Both the position numbers and the translations under genes were made by a program. A stretch of 24,946 nt of DNA, taken from the IMG/VR virus record IMGVR_UViG_3300014810_000001, positions 62,001-86,946 of that record; one strand, 5' to 3'. Source of the DNA: an uncultured virus (IMG/VR IMGVR_UViG_3300014810_000001) (taxonomy: Duplodnaviria > Heunggongvirae > Uroviricota > Caudoviricetes). The notes beneath the pieces were generated by a model. The model did no database searches, was not told where the DNA came from, and saw nothing but the letters and a program-made list of their open reading frames with translations. Shown here piece by piece: positions 15,390 to 24,602 of this stretch. The number at the start of each line of letters is the position of its first letter. Positions within the stretch are counted from its first letter, which is position 1.

Positions 15390-15797
15390 ATGGCACTTAA
15401 TCTGTCTGTTTTGAATGTTAGTGAAGTCAGCGAATCCGGCATTGATATTGAACTTGTCCACCCGGCCACTGGTGAAGGTCTTGATGCATGGGTTCGTGTA
15501 CGCGGTAAGGATTCCCGTACTGTTCAAAATCACGCTCGTAAAGTTATGAACGACATGCAAAAACGAGAGAAGATTGCAAGGGGTAAGAACAAGGACACTG
15601 ACCTGAGCATTGAAGAGTTGGAAATGCTTGCGGTCGAGCGTGCAGTGGTGCGTATTATCTCATGGCGTGGTATTGAAGAAGATGGTCAATCTGTTCCATT
15701 CACGGTAGAAAACGCTACACGCATCTTGAAGGATAACCCTTGGATTCGAGAACAAGTCCTCGAAAACTCCGACGATTTGACTGGTTTTTTTCGTTGA
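15390..15797 (+). CDS. Tail assembly chaperone (G-like)
   Basis: SD AAAGGA before ATG 15390; ELVHPATGE..VRGKDS..IISWRGI..PFTVENA..PWIREQV; lies between tube and tape measure genes. Confidence 0.88.
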   Translation: MALNLSVLNVSEVSESGIDIELVHPATGEGLDAWVRVRGKDSRTVQNHARKVMNDMQKREKIARGKNKDTDLSIEELEMLAVERAVVRIISWRGIEEDGQSVPFTVENATRILKDNPWIREQVLENSDDLTGFFR

Positions 15798-16188
15798 AGA
15801 TTTAGATCAAGCTTTACTTTATGCTGAACAGCAGTTCCAAATGTCAGAGATTCAGGCCGACGGGAGGACTCTAAAAGAGAATCTCCTGAACGTGCAGAGG
15901 CAGCTAAAGAGAACTCCTAAAGAACTAGAAGAACTCGTAGAACTGCCTGATTGCATGGCCGAATACTGGCATTGGTTTACGAGGCTATCTAATCGTAGAC
16001 CTTCCGGTATGGGGGTTTCTGCTATCCCCTACTCAGAGATGAAATCTTTCTTTGACCTTCTAGGTATTGAGCCTGAGCCTTATGAGATAGAAGTAATTGA
16101 AATGTTTGATAGTGTAGCTATAAAGCATTATCAGAAGCAGCAAGAAAAAGAACGTCAAAAGACTGTTCAGCAAAACAAAAAGAAGTAA
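15781..16188 (+). CDS. Tail assembly chaperone extension (T-like), probably reached by programmed frameshift
   Basis: The frame opens after TGA 15778 and overlaps the G end at GGT TTT TTT CGT TGA; no SD before ATG 15841; motif WHWFTRLSNRR..AIPYSE..EPYEIEVI..D. Confidence 0.8.
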   Translation: MVFFVEDLDQALLYAEQQFQMSEIQADGRTLKENLLNVQRQLKRTPKELEELVELPDCMAEYWHWFTRLSNRRPSGMGVSAIPYSEMKSFFDLLGIEPEPYEIEVIEMFDSVAIKHYQKQQEKERQKTVQQNKKK

Positions 16189-16192
16189 AGTT

Positions 16193-16248
16193 AGCCTCGA
16201 AAGAGGCTTTCTTAATGTGCGATTCTTTACGGGATTGCAGATTAAGAA
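16193..16248. terminator. Terminator hairpin plus second long hairpin between convergent genes
   Basis: AGCCTC-GAAA-GAGGCT-TTCTT, then TTCTTAAT...ATTAAGAA. Confidence 0.65.
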
Positions 16249-16554
16249 TTATTTACTAGTGTAAATAAGACACCGCAAGAAAGACAAGCGACGAAAATCT
16301 TCATCTGACAAGTTTTTACGGTTGTAAATCCAGTAAGCTGATTCACGGATACGTTTTTTAATATCAGATGCAACCTTGTGTTTTTCCAGCAGGTCAATAT
16401 AGACATTGAACTGATCCGGGTGGGAGTTGAATGCACGTTTTAGTTCAACCTCAACTTCAACTGTATTATAGCAAACTTCTTCTTGACTTTTTGCAAATAC
16501 AGAGAACGACAATGTAAGTACTACAGTAAGAATAAAACCTTTAATAAATTTCAT
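16249..16554 (-). CDS. Moron-like secreted/periplasmic protein of unknown function, 101 aa
   Basis: SD AAGGAG (complement of 16561-16566); Sec-type signal MKFIKGFILTVVLTLSFSVFA; two Cys in the mature part; has its own promoter. Confidence 0.75.
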   Translation of the reverse strand: MKFIKGFILTVVLTLSFSVFAKSQEEVCYNTVEVEVELKRAFNSHPDQFNVYIDLLEKHKVASDIKKRIRESAYWIYNRKNLSDEDFRRLSFLRCLIYTSK

Positions 16555-16586
16555 TTTGAACTCCTTGGTTAAGTAAAGAAGACTTG

Positions 16587-16615
16587 ACTGTAGCAGACAA
16601 CTTTTGTGTTGTCAA
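16587..16615 (-). promoter_or_regulatory. Sigma70 promoter for the minus-strand gene
   Basis: Minus strand reads TTGACA-acacaaaagttgtctgc (17 nt)-TACAGT with TGn extension. Confidence 0.72.
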
Positions 16616-16641
16616 CAACTAAAACAAAAAGAAAGAAAAAT

Positions 16642-19600
16642 ATGGCTCTCAATCTCTCAGAGTTAAAATTTGTTGTGAACGATTCAGACCTAAAAAGAGC
16701 GTCTGACACTATCGGTGAACTAGTAACCAACGTAGGTAAGCTAGATAAAGCAGCAAGAGATGCTGCTCAGACTGAGGTAGCTCTTGCCAAAGCAGCCAAA
16801 CTTAATGCAGATGCAAATCTACAGAACGCTAAAGCTCAAGACGTTCGCCTGAAGAGTACTATCACGGCAGACAAGGCAGATCAGCAAGCTACTGCGGCAA
16901 TTGAAAAGAAAACCAAAGCTACCGAAAAAGTAAACGAAGTAGTTAGCAAGAATGTTGGTGTACTTCAACGACAGAAAGACATTCTTGAGTTCCAGACTCA
17001 GGGGTTTTCAAAGGGTCAATCAAGTATCTTAGCTTATGGTAAGGCTGCTGGGCTTGCTGCCGATGATATTAGCGAACTCGGTAAAGTACTTGAGACTCAA
17101 CGTAAGTTGATGGGAGGCGATCCATTTGACAAATCCTTGTCTGGTCTGAAGTCTCTGCAAAACCAATATACCGAACTGAAAGAATCTGTCCGTCAGTATG
17201 CCACGGACTCCAATCTTACGGCAAAACAGACTCGTGAACTGGCTCGTGACAAAGAGCGCCTAATTGAAAAGATGAAGGTGGAGGGGGCGTCTTTCTCTGA
17301 AATTCGCAAGGCTGTTCGTGCTCACAATGCTGAATATGTAAATCTTGCTACTTCTTACAACAAGATGACTTCCGCAGAAGATGCGGTGATTAAGAGTCGT
17401 AAAGAAGCTGTAAACGCCACAAACTATCTAACGCAAGCAGAAGCTAAGATGGCTGCTGCATTGAACACTTCCAACGCTGCCCTGGATAAGGCAGGCACGG
17501 ATTCGCTTGTAAAGTATGAAACAGCTTTGCGTAAATCAGGTGTCTCTCAAGATGTTGCAACCCTCAAGTTGGCGAAGTATAAAGCACAACTGACGCAAGT
17601 AGCAGGATTAGAAGAAAAGCGCAGAGCACAGCACTTGGCGAGGGCACTTCAACCTCAGTTTACCGATATTGCTGTTTCACTTTATTCTGGTCAAGCCCCT
17701 CTCACTGTTTTGTTGCAGCAATCGGGACAGATGGTTGATCTTTTCAAGCTTTCTGGAATTGAAGCTGACAACTTAGGTAAGGTGATGAGAGAAGCTTTTG
17801 CCAGCATGATTCCGGCAATTGCTACCGTTGCAAAAGGTCTTACTAGCCTTGTTTTTGAATCTTTCATGTCTGCTGGAAGTGCTGTCACCCGTTTTGTAGG
17901 AAATGTATCCGGCATTACGGCAGCAATGGAAATTGCTAAACGAGCAATTGTCTCTGGCGGTGAAGCCAATTTCAAATATATTGCATCTCTTGATAAAATA
18001 GGTAAAACGTTCTCTGCTGTTGCTGCTACAGGCATTGCTGCAATGATTGCAGGGATGATTCTCCTTGGTCTTGAATACAAGAAGATTATTCAAGCAGAGG
18101 CTGAATTGACCAATGCTCTTGCCACTTCTGGTGGTGCTCTGGGCATCTCTAAAACAGAGGCTATCGCTGCCGCAGAAGGAATGGCATCTTTTGGGGTAGG
18201 TACACTTAAAGCAGTTGCTGCAATTACCGAAATTGCAAAAGCAGGAAACATCGGAAAAGAATCTCTTGAACTCATCACAAAATCTGCAATTGACTTAGAA
18301 AAGACGGCTGGTATTAGTATTGAAGAGACAGCAAAGCAATTTGCTAAACTACAAGAAGAACCTGCTAAAGCACTCACTGAAATTGCTCAGAAAACCGGCC
18401 TTGTTGACAAAGCTACGCTTGATCATGTCTATGCACTTGAACAACAGGGAGATAAAACTGAAGCTGCTCGTGTAGCTACTCTTGCTCTTGCTTCTGCTAG
18501 TGCACAGGTAGCTGCCGAAGTACGGGACAATTGGTCGCCTATTGAAGTTCTTTGGAACGATATCAAATCCGCTATTGGCAGTGTAAAGCAAGAGATTTAC
18601 GATCTTACTACGTCTAACGCTGTTGTCGGAGCATTGCGTACCGTATGGGAAACTGTTGCTGTTGTAATCTCTGAAGTGTGGTTTACGATTAAAGGGGTGG
18701 GTAAAGAAATTGGTGGTATTGGTGCTCAGATCGCAGCAGTAATGCAAGGTGATTTTTCCGGGGCCGCTGAGATTGGTCGGCAGATGAAAGCCGATGCAGC
18801 CTCTGCTGCTGAAGAGCAAAAGAAGTACGTTAATGCAATCCTGAACCGTACAAGTGTAGAGCAAAAGTCTTTCAACCAAAGCAAAGAACAAAATTCTCAG
18901 TACGCAAAGTGGCGTAAAGAAAATGATCAAGCCTTAGATAAAAGTATCAGTAAAACTGATAAGTATAAGGCTAAAGAACTTGAAATGCAAAAGGCTGTGC
19001 TTGCGGGAACTGTAAGTCAGATTGAGGCAGATAAAGCTCTTGCAGGTTGGAAGAAGATCATTCTCGGAGAAGAGAAAACTAAAAAAGACCCATCCGAAAA
19101 CTACTACGCAACCTTAATGCGTGAAGCAACTGCTTCCTCTATTAAGGCGGAAGATGCTACCAAGTCTTTAACCGCATCGCAAGTAAAACTTCTTGAAACT
19201 GTTAACGATCCAAGATTTCTTAAACTATCGAAAGTTCAACAAGAAACATATCTTAGCACAATGGCTGCTAATGTTGCAACAGAGCAGCAAACAGCCCTCA
19301 CAGAAAAACTTGCTGATGCTGAAGAGCATCGTCTGAAACTCCTTGGCAAATCCGAAGGTATTGGTAAGCAGTACTACTCGGATATGCAAAAACTAGAAGA
19401 GTTTGCTAAGGTTGCTGGTTGGTCACGAGAGGAAATCGAAGAACTAACTCGTGCAGTATTCATGGCTACCCCAGCCTGGAAGGCTTACGAGAAATCTCTT
19501 GAAGAAGTTAATTCCGCTGCACGTAAGTTCAACGAAGATAGTATCGCATCTCAAGCAGCGACACTCAAAGAAAATGAATCCTTGGATTATAGAATTTCTT

Positions 19601-22065
19601 TGCTCGGTAAAACGACTGAAGAACAGAAGGCTCTTTCTACTGAGTACAACCGTGCTAATAAGATTGCTGACGTTCGTATCAAACTTGCTAAGCAATTGCG
19701 TGAAATTGAAGAGAAGATTGCAAAAGCTAAAAAAGATGGTTTACCAGAGAGCGACTATCAGTCTTTGATTGATGCTCAAGTTCAAGCCCGTAAGGATGCA
19801 GCAGAACAAGAAAAGGTAATCAACCGCGAAGTAGCTGTTCAATATGCAGAAGACCTCCAAAAAGAGTTTGATGCAATCAAGAACGGTATCTCTGATTCTA
19901 TTGTCACAGCTTTGTTTGAAGGTGGTAAAGCTGGTTCTAAGAAGATCAGAGATTTAGTCATTGCTGAGCTACGCAAGCCTGTAACGATGGTGGTGAATGC
20001 TGTAGTTAATACAGTGCTTGGTAGTGTTGTAGGTGCTCTTGGGTTTGGTTCCTCTGGTAGTAGTACGTCTAACGGAGGAGGGAATGTTTTTGGCGTTATT
20101 TCAAATGGCTTTAGTGCATTAAACGGAGGAATATCAACTGGAATTTCAAATGCTTTCTCTAAGTTTGCCGGTAGTTCTGTTGGGCAATCTTTAGGCTTGT
20201 CTAACTCTACTGCTATCGTCGGTAACAATCCTTCTGCCTACGTTCCCGAAGGAGGTCAACTAACATCGTTGGGTCAGAGTATTGGAACAGCGGCGGGGAT
20301 GATTGGTTCTGGTCTGGCTGGCTATGGGATTAGTTCTGCTATTTCTGGGGGTTACACCACAGGTGGAAAAACTGTTAATGTGTTATCTGGTGTTTCCAGC
20401 GCCTTTTTAGGCCCAATTGCAGGTGTTATTGGGGGGGTGGTTAATCGTGCGTTTGGACGTAAACTAGCAGACTACGGGATTCAAGGGACGTTTGGAACTC
20501 AAGGCGGCTTCTCAGGGGAATCTTACCAATTCTACAAAGGTGGGTGGTTCCGTTCTGATAAGACTAAGACGAGTGAAATGGATGCAGCCCTGGCTAAGAC
20601 GCTGGGTACTGCCTTCACACAAATGATTACTCAGGTAGGTACACTAGGTACTGTTTTAGGATTAAATACAGAGAAACTAAAAGATTTCAGTACAACTTTT
20701 AAGATCAGTTTTAAAGGGTTGCAAGAATCAGAAATTCAAGGTAAGATTCAAGAAGCTCTTGCTACTGCCAATAATGAAATGGCAGAGCAAATCTTAGGCA
20801 CATGGAGCAAAACTACCAAAGAAGTAACTGATGTCATTGAGACATCAGTAAGTGGAGAAGGATCGATTTTTGAAAATATAACAAGAGTTGTTGAAGAAGT
20901 TTCTTATACTGCTAGTCCTTTTGCAAGAGAAGGCGAAAAAGCAATTGATACCCTTACTAGACTTGCAGGTAGCTTGTCTTCTGTTAACACAGCTTTTGAT
21001 ACTCTAGGTTACACCTTGTATGACGCAAGTCTTGTCGGCGGTGATATGGCTAGCAAGCTAGTGGACTTGTTCGGTAATCTTGAAACATTTACAGCTAGTG
21101 CCTCGTCTTACTATCAGAACTTCTATACGGAAGCTGAAAAACAAGAAACGATGGTTCGTCAGTTGACTAAGGCTTTCGGTGAGTACAATCTTGAACTTCC
21201 ATCTACTAGAGATGCTTTCAGGCAAATCGTAGAAAGTCAAGACTTGACTACAGAAGCTGGTAGGGAGATGTTCAAGAACTTGATGGCTCTGCAGAATCCT
21301 CTGAATGAGTTATTCAATACTTCTGCTGGTCTATCCGAGACAATGAAAAGTCTCAACGAAGAGACTAGTAGTTTAGAGATTGAACTGCTAAGACTTCAAG
21401 GTAGGACTGCAGAAGCTGATGCGAAGCAGCGTGCAATTGACACTGCTGGTATGTCAGAAGCTGAAATTGCAGTCTACGACTACAACACAGCCCTACGCGC
21501 ACAGATCAAGGCACTGGAAGCCGCTGCAAATAGTGTTAAGGAACTTAGCTCTTCCGTCGTTGATGAAATCAATCGTTTACGTGGTTATACTGATACTTCA
21601 GGTAGTAGCCCTCAAGCACTGATTGCTGAGTTTGATAGGTTAACTACTCTCGCTCGTGGAGGAGACGCTAACGCCTTTAATTCTCTTGGTGACACGTCTA
21701 AACTACTTGATGAGTACTACAAGAACACAGCTACAAGTGCAGTGCAGTATGCTTATCAGCGGTCTGTACTGGCTAATAGTCTAGAGCAATCCTACAATAC
21801 CGCGAAAGCAAGTGGTGCAACCTTCAGTGGAACAAGTTCCTTAATGGGTACTCCGGCATTAAGCGCACCTGTAGTATCTTCGGTATCTTCTGCTAATGCA
21901 GCAGGTTCTTCAGGTCTTGCTGATCTTCTGAGTGCTGTAGTGACTGAACTGACGATGCTCCGCGCCGAAGTCCGTGCTGATGTGGCTCATAATGCTAAGA
22001 CAGCGAAAATTTTAGAACGTGTAACGCCAGAAGGAGATGCACTTGCTACAAGAAATGAAGGATAA
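16642..22065 (+). CDS. Tail tape measure protein, about 1807 aa
   Basis: ATG 16642 after an A/G-rich leader; Ala/Lys/Glu helical composition; lambda-type motif QFTDIAVSLYSGQAPLTVLLQQ; Gly-rich hydrophobic segments near 20000-20460. Confidence 0.93.
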   Translation: MALNLSELKFVVNDSDLKRASDTIGELVTNVGKLDKAARDAAQTEVALAKAAKLNADANLQNAKAQDVRLKSTITADKADQQATAAIEKKTKATEKVNEVVSKNVGVLQRQKDILEFQTQGFSKGQSSILAYGKAAGLAADDISELGKVLETQRKLMGGDPFDKSLSGLKSLQNQYTELKESVRQYATDSNLTAKQTRELARDKERLIEKMKVEGASFSEIRKAVRAHNAEYVNLATSYNKMTSAEDAVIKSRKEAVNATNYLTQAEAKMAAALNTSNAALDKAGTDSLVKYETALRKSGVSQDVATLKLAKYKAQLTQVAGLEEKRRAQHLARALQPQFTDIAVSLYSGQAPLTVLLQQSGQMVDLFKLSGIEADNLGKVMREAFASMIPAIATVAKGLTSLVFESFMSAGSAVTRFVGNVSGITAAMEIAKRAIVSGGEANFKYIASLDKIGKTFSAVAATGIAAMIAGMILLGLEYKKIIQAEAELTNALATSGGALGISKTEAIAAAEGMASFGVGTLKAVAAITEIAKAGNIGKESLELITKSAIDLEKTAGISIEETAKQFAKLQEEPAKALTEIAQKTGLVDKATLDHVYALEQQGDKTEAARVATLALASASAQVAAEVRDNWSPIEVLWNDIKSAIGSVKQEIYDLTTSNAVVGALRTVWETVAVVISEVWFTIKGVGKEIGGIGAQIAAVMQGDFSGAAEIGRQMKADAASAAEEQKKYVNAILNRTSVEQKSFNQSKEQNSQYAKWRKENDQALDKSISKTDKYKAKELEMQKAVLAGTVSQIEADKALAGWKKIILGEEKTKKDPSENYYATLMREATASSIKAEDATKSLTASQVKLLETVNDPRFLKLSKVQQETYLSTMAANVATEQQTALTEKLADAEEHRLKLLGKSEGIGKQYYSDMQKLEEFAKVAGWSREEIEELTRAVFMATPAWKAYEKSLEEVNSAARKFNEDSIASQAATLKENESLDYRISLLGKTTEEQKALSTEYNRANKIADVRIKLAKQLREIEEKIAKAKKDGLPESDYQSLIDAQVQARKDAAEQEKVINREVAVQYAEDLQKEFDAIKNGISDSIVTALFEGGKAGSKKIRDLVIAELRKPVTMVVNAVVNTVLGSVVGALGFGSSGSSTSNGGGNVFGVISNGFSALNGGISTGISNAFSKFAGSSVGQSLGLSNSTAIVGNNPSAYVPEGGQLTSLGQSIGTAAGMIGSGLAGYGISSAISGGYTTGGKTVNVLSGVSSAFLGPIAGVIGGVVNRAFGRKLADYGIQGTFGTQGGFSGESYQFYKGGWFRSDKTKTSEMDAALAKTLGTAFTQMITQVGTLGTVLGLNTEKLKDFSTTFKISFKGLQESEIQGKIQEALATANNEMAEQILGTWSKTTKEVTDVIETSVSGEGSIFENITRVVEEVSYTASPFAREGEKAIDTLTRLAGSLSSVNTAFDTLGYTLYDASLVGGDMASKLVDLFGNLETFTASASSYYQNFYTEAEKQETMVRQLTKAFGEYNLELPSTRDAFRQIVESQDLTTEAGREMFKNLMALQNPLNELFNTSAGLSETMKSLNEETSSLEIELLRLQGRTAEADAKQRAIDTAGMSEAEIAVYDYNTALRAQIKALEAAANSVKELSSSVVDEINRLRGYTDTSGSSPQALIAEFDRLTTLARGGDANAFNSLGDTSKLLDEYYKNTATSAVQYAYQRSVLANSLEQSYNTAKASGATFSGTSSLMGTPALSAPVVSSVSSANAAGSSGLADLLSAVVTELTMLRAEVRADVAHNAKTAKILERVTPEGDALATRNEG

Positions 22066-22068
22066 CTT

Positions 22069-23607
22069 ATGGATATTATTTTACCTCAACCAATTAACTT
22101 AGAGCCGGTAACTTTTTCAAGGGCCTCAATCGCTAGCACTAGAGACCCTGGTGGTTTCTTTGAGATAGTGGCAGCAAATACGTTAAGGTTTGATTACTTT
22201 AAAGATCAGAACTATCAGTCTGTATTCAATGGCGTTCTTATTGAACCAAGGAGAACAAATTATTTAGTGAATACAGCAAGTAGTCTTGTACCGGGAAGCG
22301 GTTTTCCTGTTCAACTACAAGACCAAACGGTATCTTTAGGAAGTCTAGGATCGAATAAACCTACTAAAATGACACTTTCTTTCTTTGGGAACAGTGATAG
22401 TAAAGTAACTGTTTCTGGTGGAGGTTTTGTGTATGAATTAGTGGGTAGTTCAGATACTACACGACCTGTATATAAAACATTTCCTGTGCGTGCTGATAAC
22501 TTATCTATTGAAGTTACAGGGGTAGTATATGCAGCGAACCTAGAAGGACTTGTTGGATTCAGTTCAATAAATGATGAAAACCTTCTTACTAAGATGACTC
22601 GACCTACAAGTTGGATACCGACTACGGGTGCCCCATCAACAAGAGAGGCCGATATTATCGACAACTCAGGAATCCTGTGGTCAAGTTTCATAGAGACAAC
22701 ACCAGCATGGAATCCTTCTACTACTTACTCAATAGGGGATAGAGTAGATAGGGATTATACAGTGTGGGCCAGTAGTTCTGACTCTAATATTAATAACGTA
22801 CCATCTTCTGAAAGTAATTTTTGGGTAAAAGTAAAAAGCGTTAATACTGTTGCTATGGTCGATCGTGCTGAGAACTCCAGCTCTTCACAAGAACAAGGTG
22901 CCAGTGGTGCGTATTTTTGTTACTCAAATAAAGTAAATTCTCCTGCTAATTTTTTAGATACTAACGCAAGCGGAATAAAAACATTTTTTGATTCTGCTGC
23001 TTTATTTGAAGTGAATGCTAAATTCTTTGAGTTAGTGGTTTCTGTATCTACTAACGCAGGTGTATTTACTAAAGTTGTCCAAGGTACTACATTCTCAGGT
23101 TCTGTTGCAAATACAGGAGTCATGGATGATGTATACGAGTTCTTGGAGAATTATATCTCTATGGAAGTGTATAATTGTACAGTTTCTGTACGCATCCATA
23201 ACGAACTTAATATTTCTGGAGAAACAATAAGTCCAACAGATGTAGTAAGCGTCAACGAACTAGTATTTGGGGTAGCTGAAAATCTAGGAAGAACAGCCTA
23301 TGGAATGCGTACCGGCATCGTTGATTATTCTAAAAAAGAAACAAATGAATTTGGTGTAACGTCATTTGTAAGGCGCGGGTTCAGTAAAACAATGAATTGT
23401 AATGTTTATGTAGAAAACGAAGATTACAACAGAGTTGTTGAAACACTTCAAAGTGTTCTAGCAGAGCCTACAGCGTGGCTTGGGACTGAAGTAGATGGGT
23501 ACTCAAACGGTGCCTTAATTTTCGGGGCTTTCAAAGATTATACGTTGACGATCAGTTACCCCACATACTCAATGCTTAATATTGAAGTTCAAGGTTTAGT
23601 CGTTTAA
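22069..23607 (+). CDS. Tail tip / distal tail structural protein, multi-domain
   Basis: Follows the tape measure gene; FSRAS..RFDY..GVLIEPRRTNYL..PTSWIPTTGAPSTREAD spike-like segment; WNPSTTYSIGDRV carbohydrate-binding-like motif; C-terminal GIVDYSKKETNEFG..IFGAFKDY..EVQGL. Confidence 0.65.
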   Translation: MDIILPQPINLEPVTFSRASIASTRDPGGFFEIVAANTLRFDYFKDQNYQSVFNGVLIEPRRTNYLVNTASSLVPGSGFPVQLQDQTVSLGSLGSNKPTKMTLSFFGNSDSKVTVSGGGFVYELVGSSDTTRPVYKTFPVRADNLSIEVTGVVYAANLEGLVGFSSINDENLLTKMTRPTSWIPTTGAPSTREADIIDNSGILWSSFIETTPAWNPSTTYSIGDRVDRDYTVWASSSDSNINNVPSSESNFWVKVKSVNTVAMVDRAENSSSSQEQGASGAYFCYSNKVNSPANFLDTNASGIKTFFDSAALFEVNAKFFELVVSVSTNAGVFTKVVQGTTFSGSVANTGVMDDVYEFLENYISMEVYNCTVSVRIHNELNISGETISPTDVVSVNELVFGVAENLGRTAYGMRTGIVDYSKKETNEFGVTSFVRRGFSKTMNCNVYVENEDYNRVVETLQSVLAEPTAWLGTEVDGYSNGALIFGAFKDYTLTISYPTYSMLNIEVQGLVV

Positions 23608-23622
23608 TAAATAGGAGATTAT

Positions 23623-24012
23623 ATGCCACAACTAGGCACAAAAGGGGCAGAACTTGATCTGCTAATTAGACAAGGGGCTACGCTTGGCCCTTTCAACATG
23701 AAGGTGCTGACTGCTGATGGGCTGGATGTAAACCTTACTTCTGCGGTATTTCGTGCAGAAATTCGTAGAAAGCCTGAGTCTCCTGCGCTAGCAGGAGTTA
23801 CATTTACGTTCGATATTGCAACTCCGCTTGAAGGTATTGTCAATTGGAGCGTAGATGCAGATAGTACAACAGCTCTTGTAGCTGGTGACTCTGAGACAGA
23901 CGCTGAATCACAGTACGTGTGGGACATGGAAGTTGAACTGTCGGACGGCAGGGTTATTCCTTTATTGTACGGAAAAGCTCAAGTATTCCGTGAAGTTACA
24001 AAGGTGAATTAA
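23623..24012 (+). CDS. Baseplate/fibre adaptor (BppU N-terminal-like)
   Basis: SD AGGAG; LDLLIRQGAT..VNLT..AEIR..YVWDMEV..PLLYG..EVT. Confidence 0.65.
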   Translation: MPQLGTKGAELDLLIRQGATLGPFNMKVLTADGLDVNLTSAVFRAEIRRKPESPALAGVTFTFDIATPLEGIVNWSVDADSTTALVAGDSETDAESQYVWDMEVELSDGRVIPLLYGKAQVFREVTKVN

Positions 24013-24591
24013 ATGACTACGTTGATTATTAATGAAGATACAAATCAAATTCAGCTTTATGTAAATGAAGGCGTACCGGGCAATATTACAGCCGACAATA
24101 CTGTAACTCTGACTAACAAGACAATCTCTTACTCCGACAATACTTTAACCGGAGTTCAGCCTTCTCTTGTGTCTGGTACGAATATTAAAACGGTCGGTGG
24201 AGTCAGCCTTCTTGGTTCTGGTAATATCCATGTTCTTACCACCAATATCGGGAATGAAGCGGTCACAAACGTAAAAACTATTTCTTTTGCTGGAGAGGGT
24301 GTTCTGAACAATCCTTCAGGAGCCATCTCTGTCAACTGGATAGCAGCGCAGAATTACAGGCAAGTAGAGCCTACCGGCTCGATTACCTATACATTTACAG
24401 CACCTCCCGGCCCTTGTCACTTACAACTCCGTATTGAGTCAGACGGTACAAGTGCAGCACAGACTTTTGTATGGCCTGCTACTGTAAAATGGCTACTTTT
24501 CACCTGGACTGCTCTTGCAAACAAAGGTGCTATCATTAACTTTTGGTATGATGGCACAAACTATTGGGCAATGGGTAGTAATGCTGTCTAA
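24013..24591 (+). CDS. Short fibre-like virion protein
   Basis: TLTNKTI and LVSGTNIKTVGGVSLLGSGNI motifs; C-terminal WPATVKW..FWYDGTNY domain. Confidence 0.65.
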   Translation: MTTLIINEDTNQIQLYVNEGVPGNITADNTVTLTNKTISYSDNTLTGVQPSLVSGTNIKTVGGVSLLGSGNIHVLTTNIGNEAVTNVKTISFAGEGVLNNPSGAISVNWIAAQNYRQVEPTGSITYTFTAPPGPCHLQLRIESDGTSAAQTFVWPATVKWLLFTWTALANKGAIINFWYDGTNYWAMGSNAV

Positions 24592-24602
24592 AGGAGTTTT
24601 CT

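Noticed and set aside
16606..16641. Track start of the tape measure at 16606
   Set aside because: Overlaps the minus-strand promoter; the A-rich stretch is better read as the leader of ATG 16642.
822..23927. Many minus-strand and alternate-frame ORFs overlapping structural genes (e.g. 822..1388, 9797..10342, 18349..18930)
   Set aside because: Shadow ORFs of codon-biased genes, with no recognisable motifs or expression signals.
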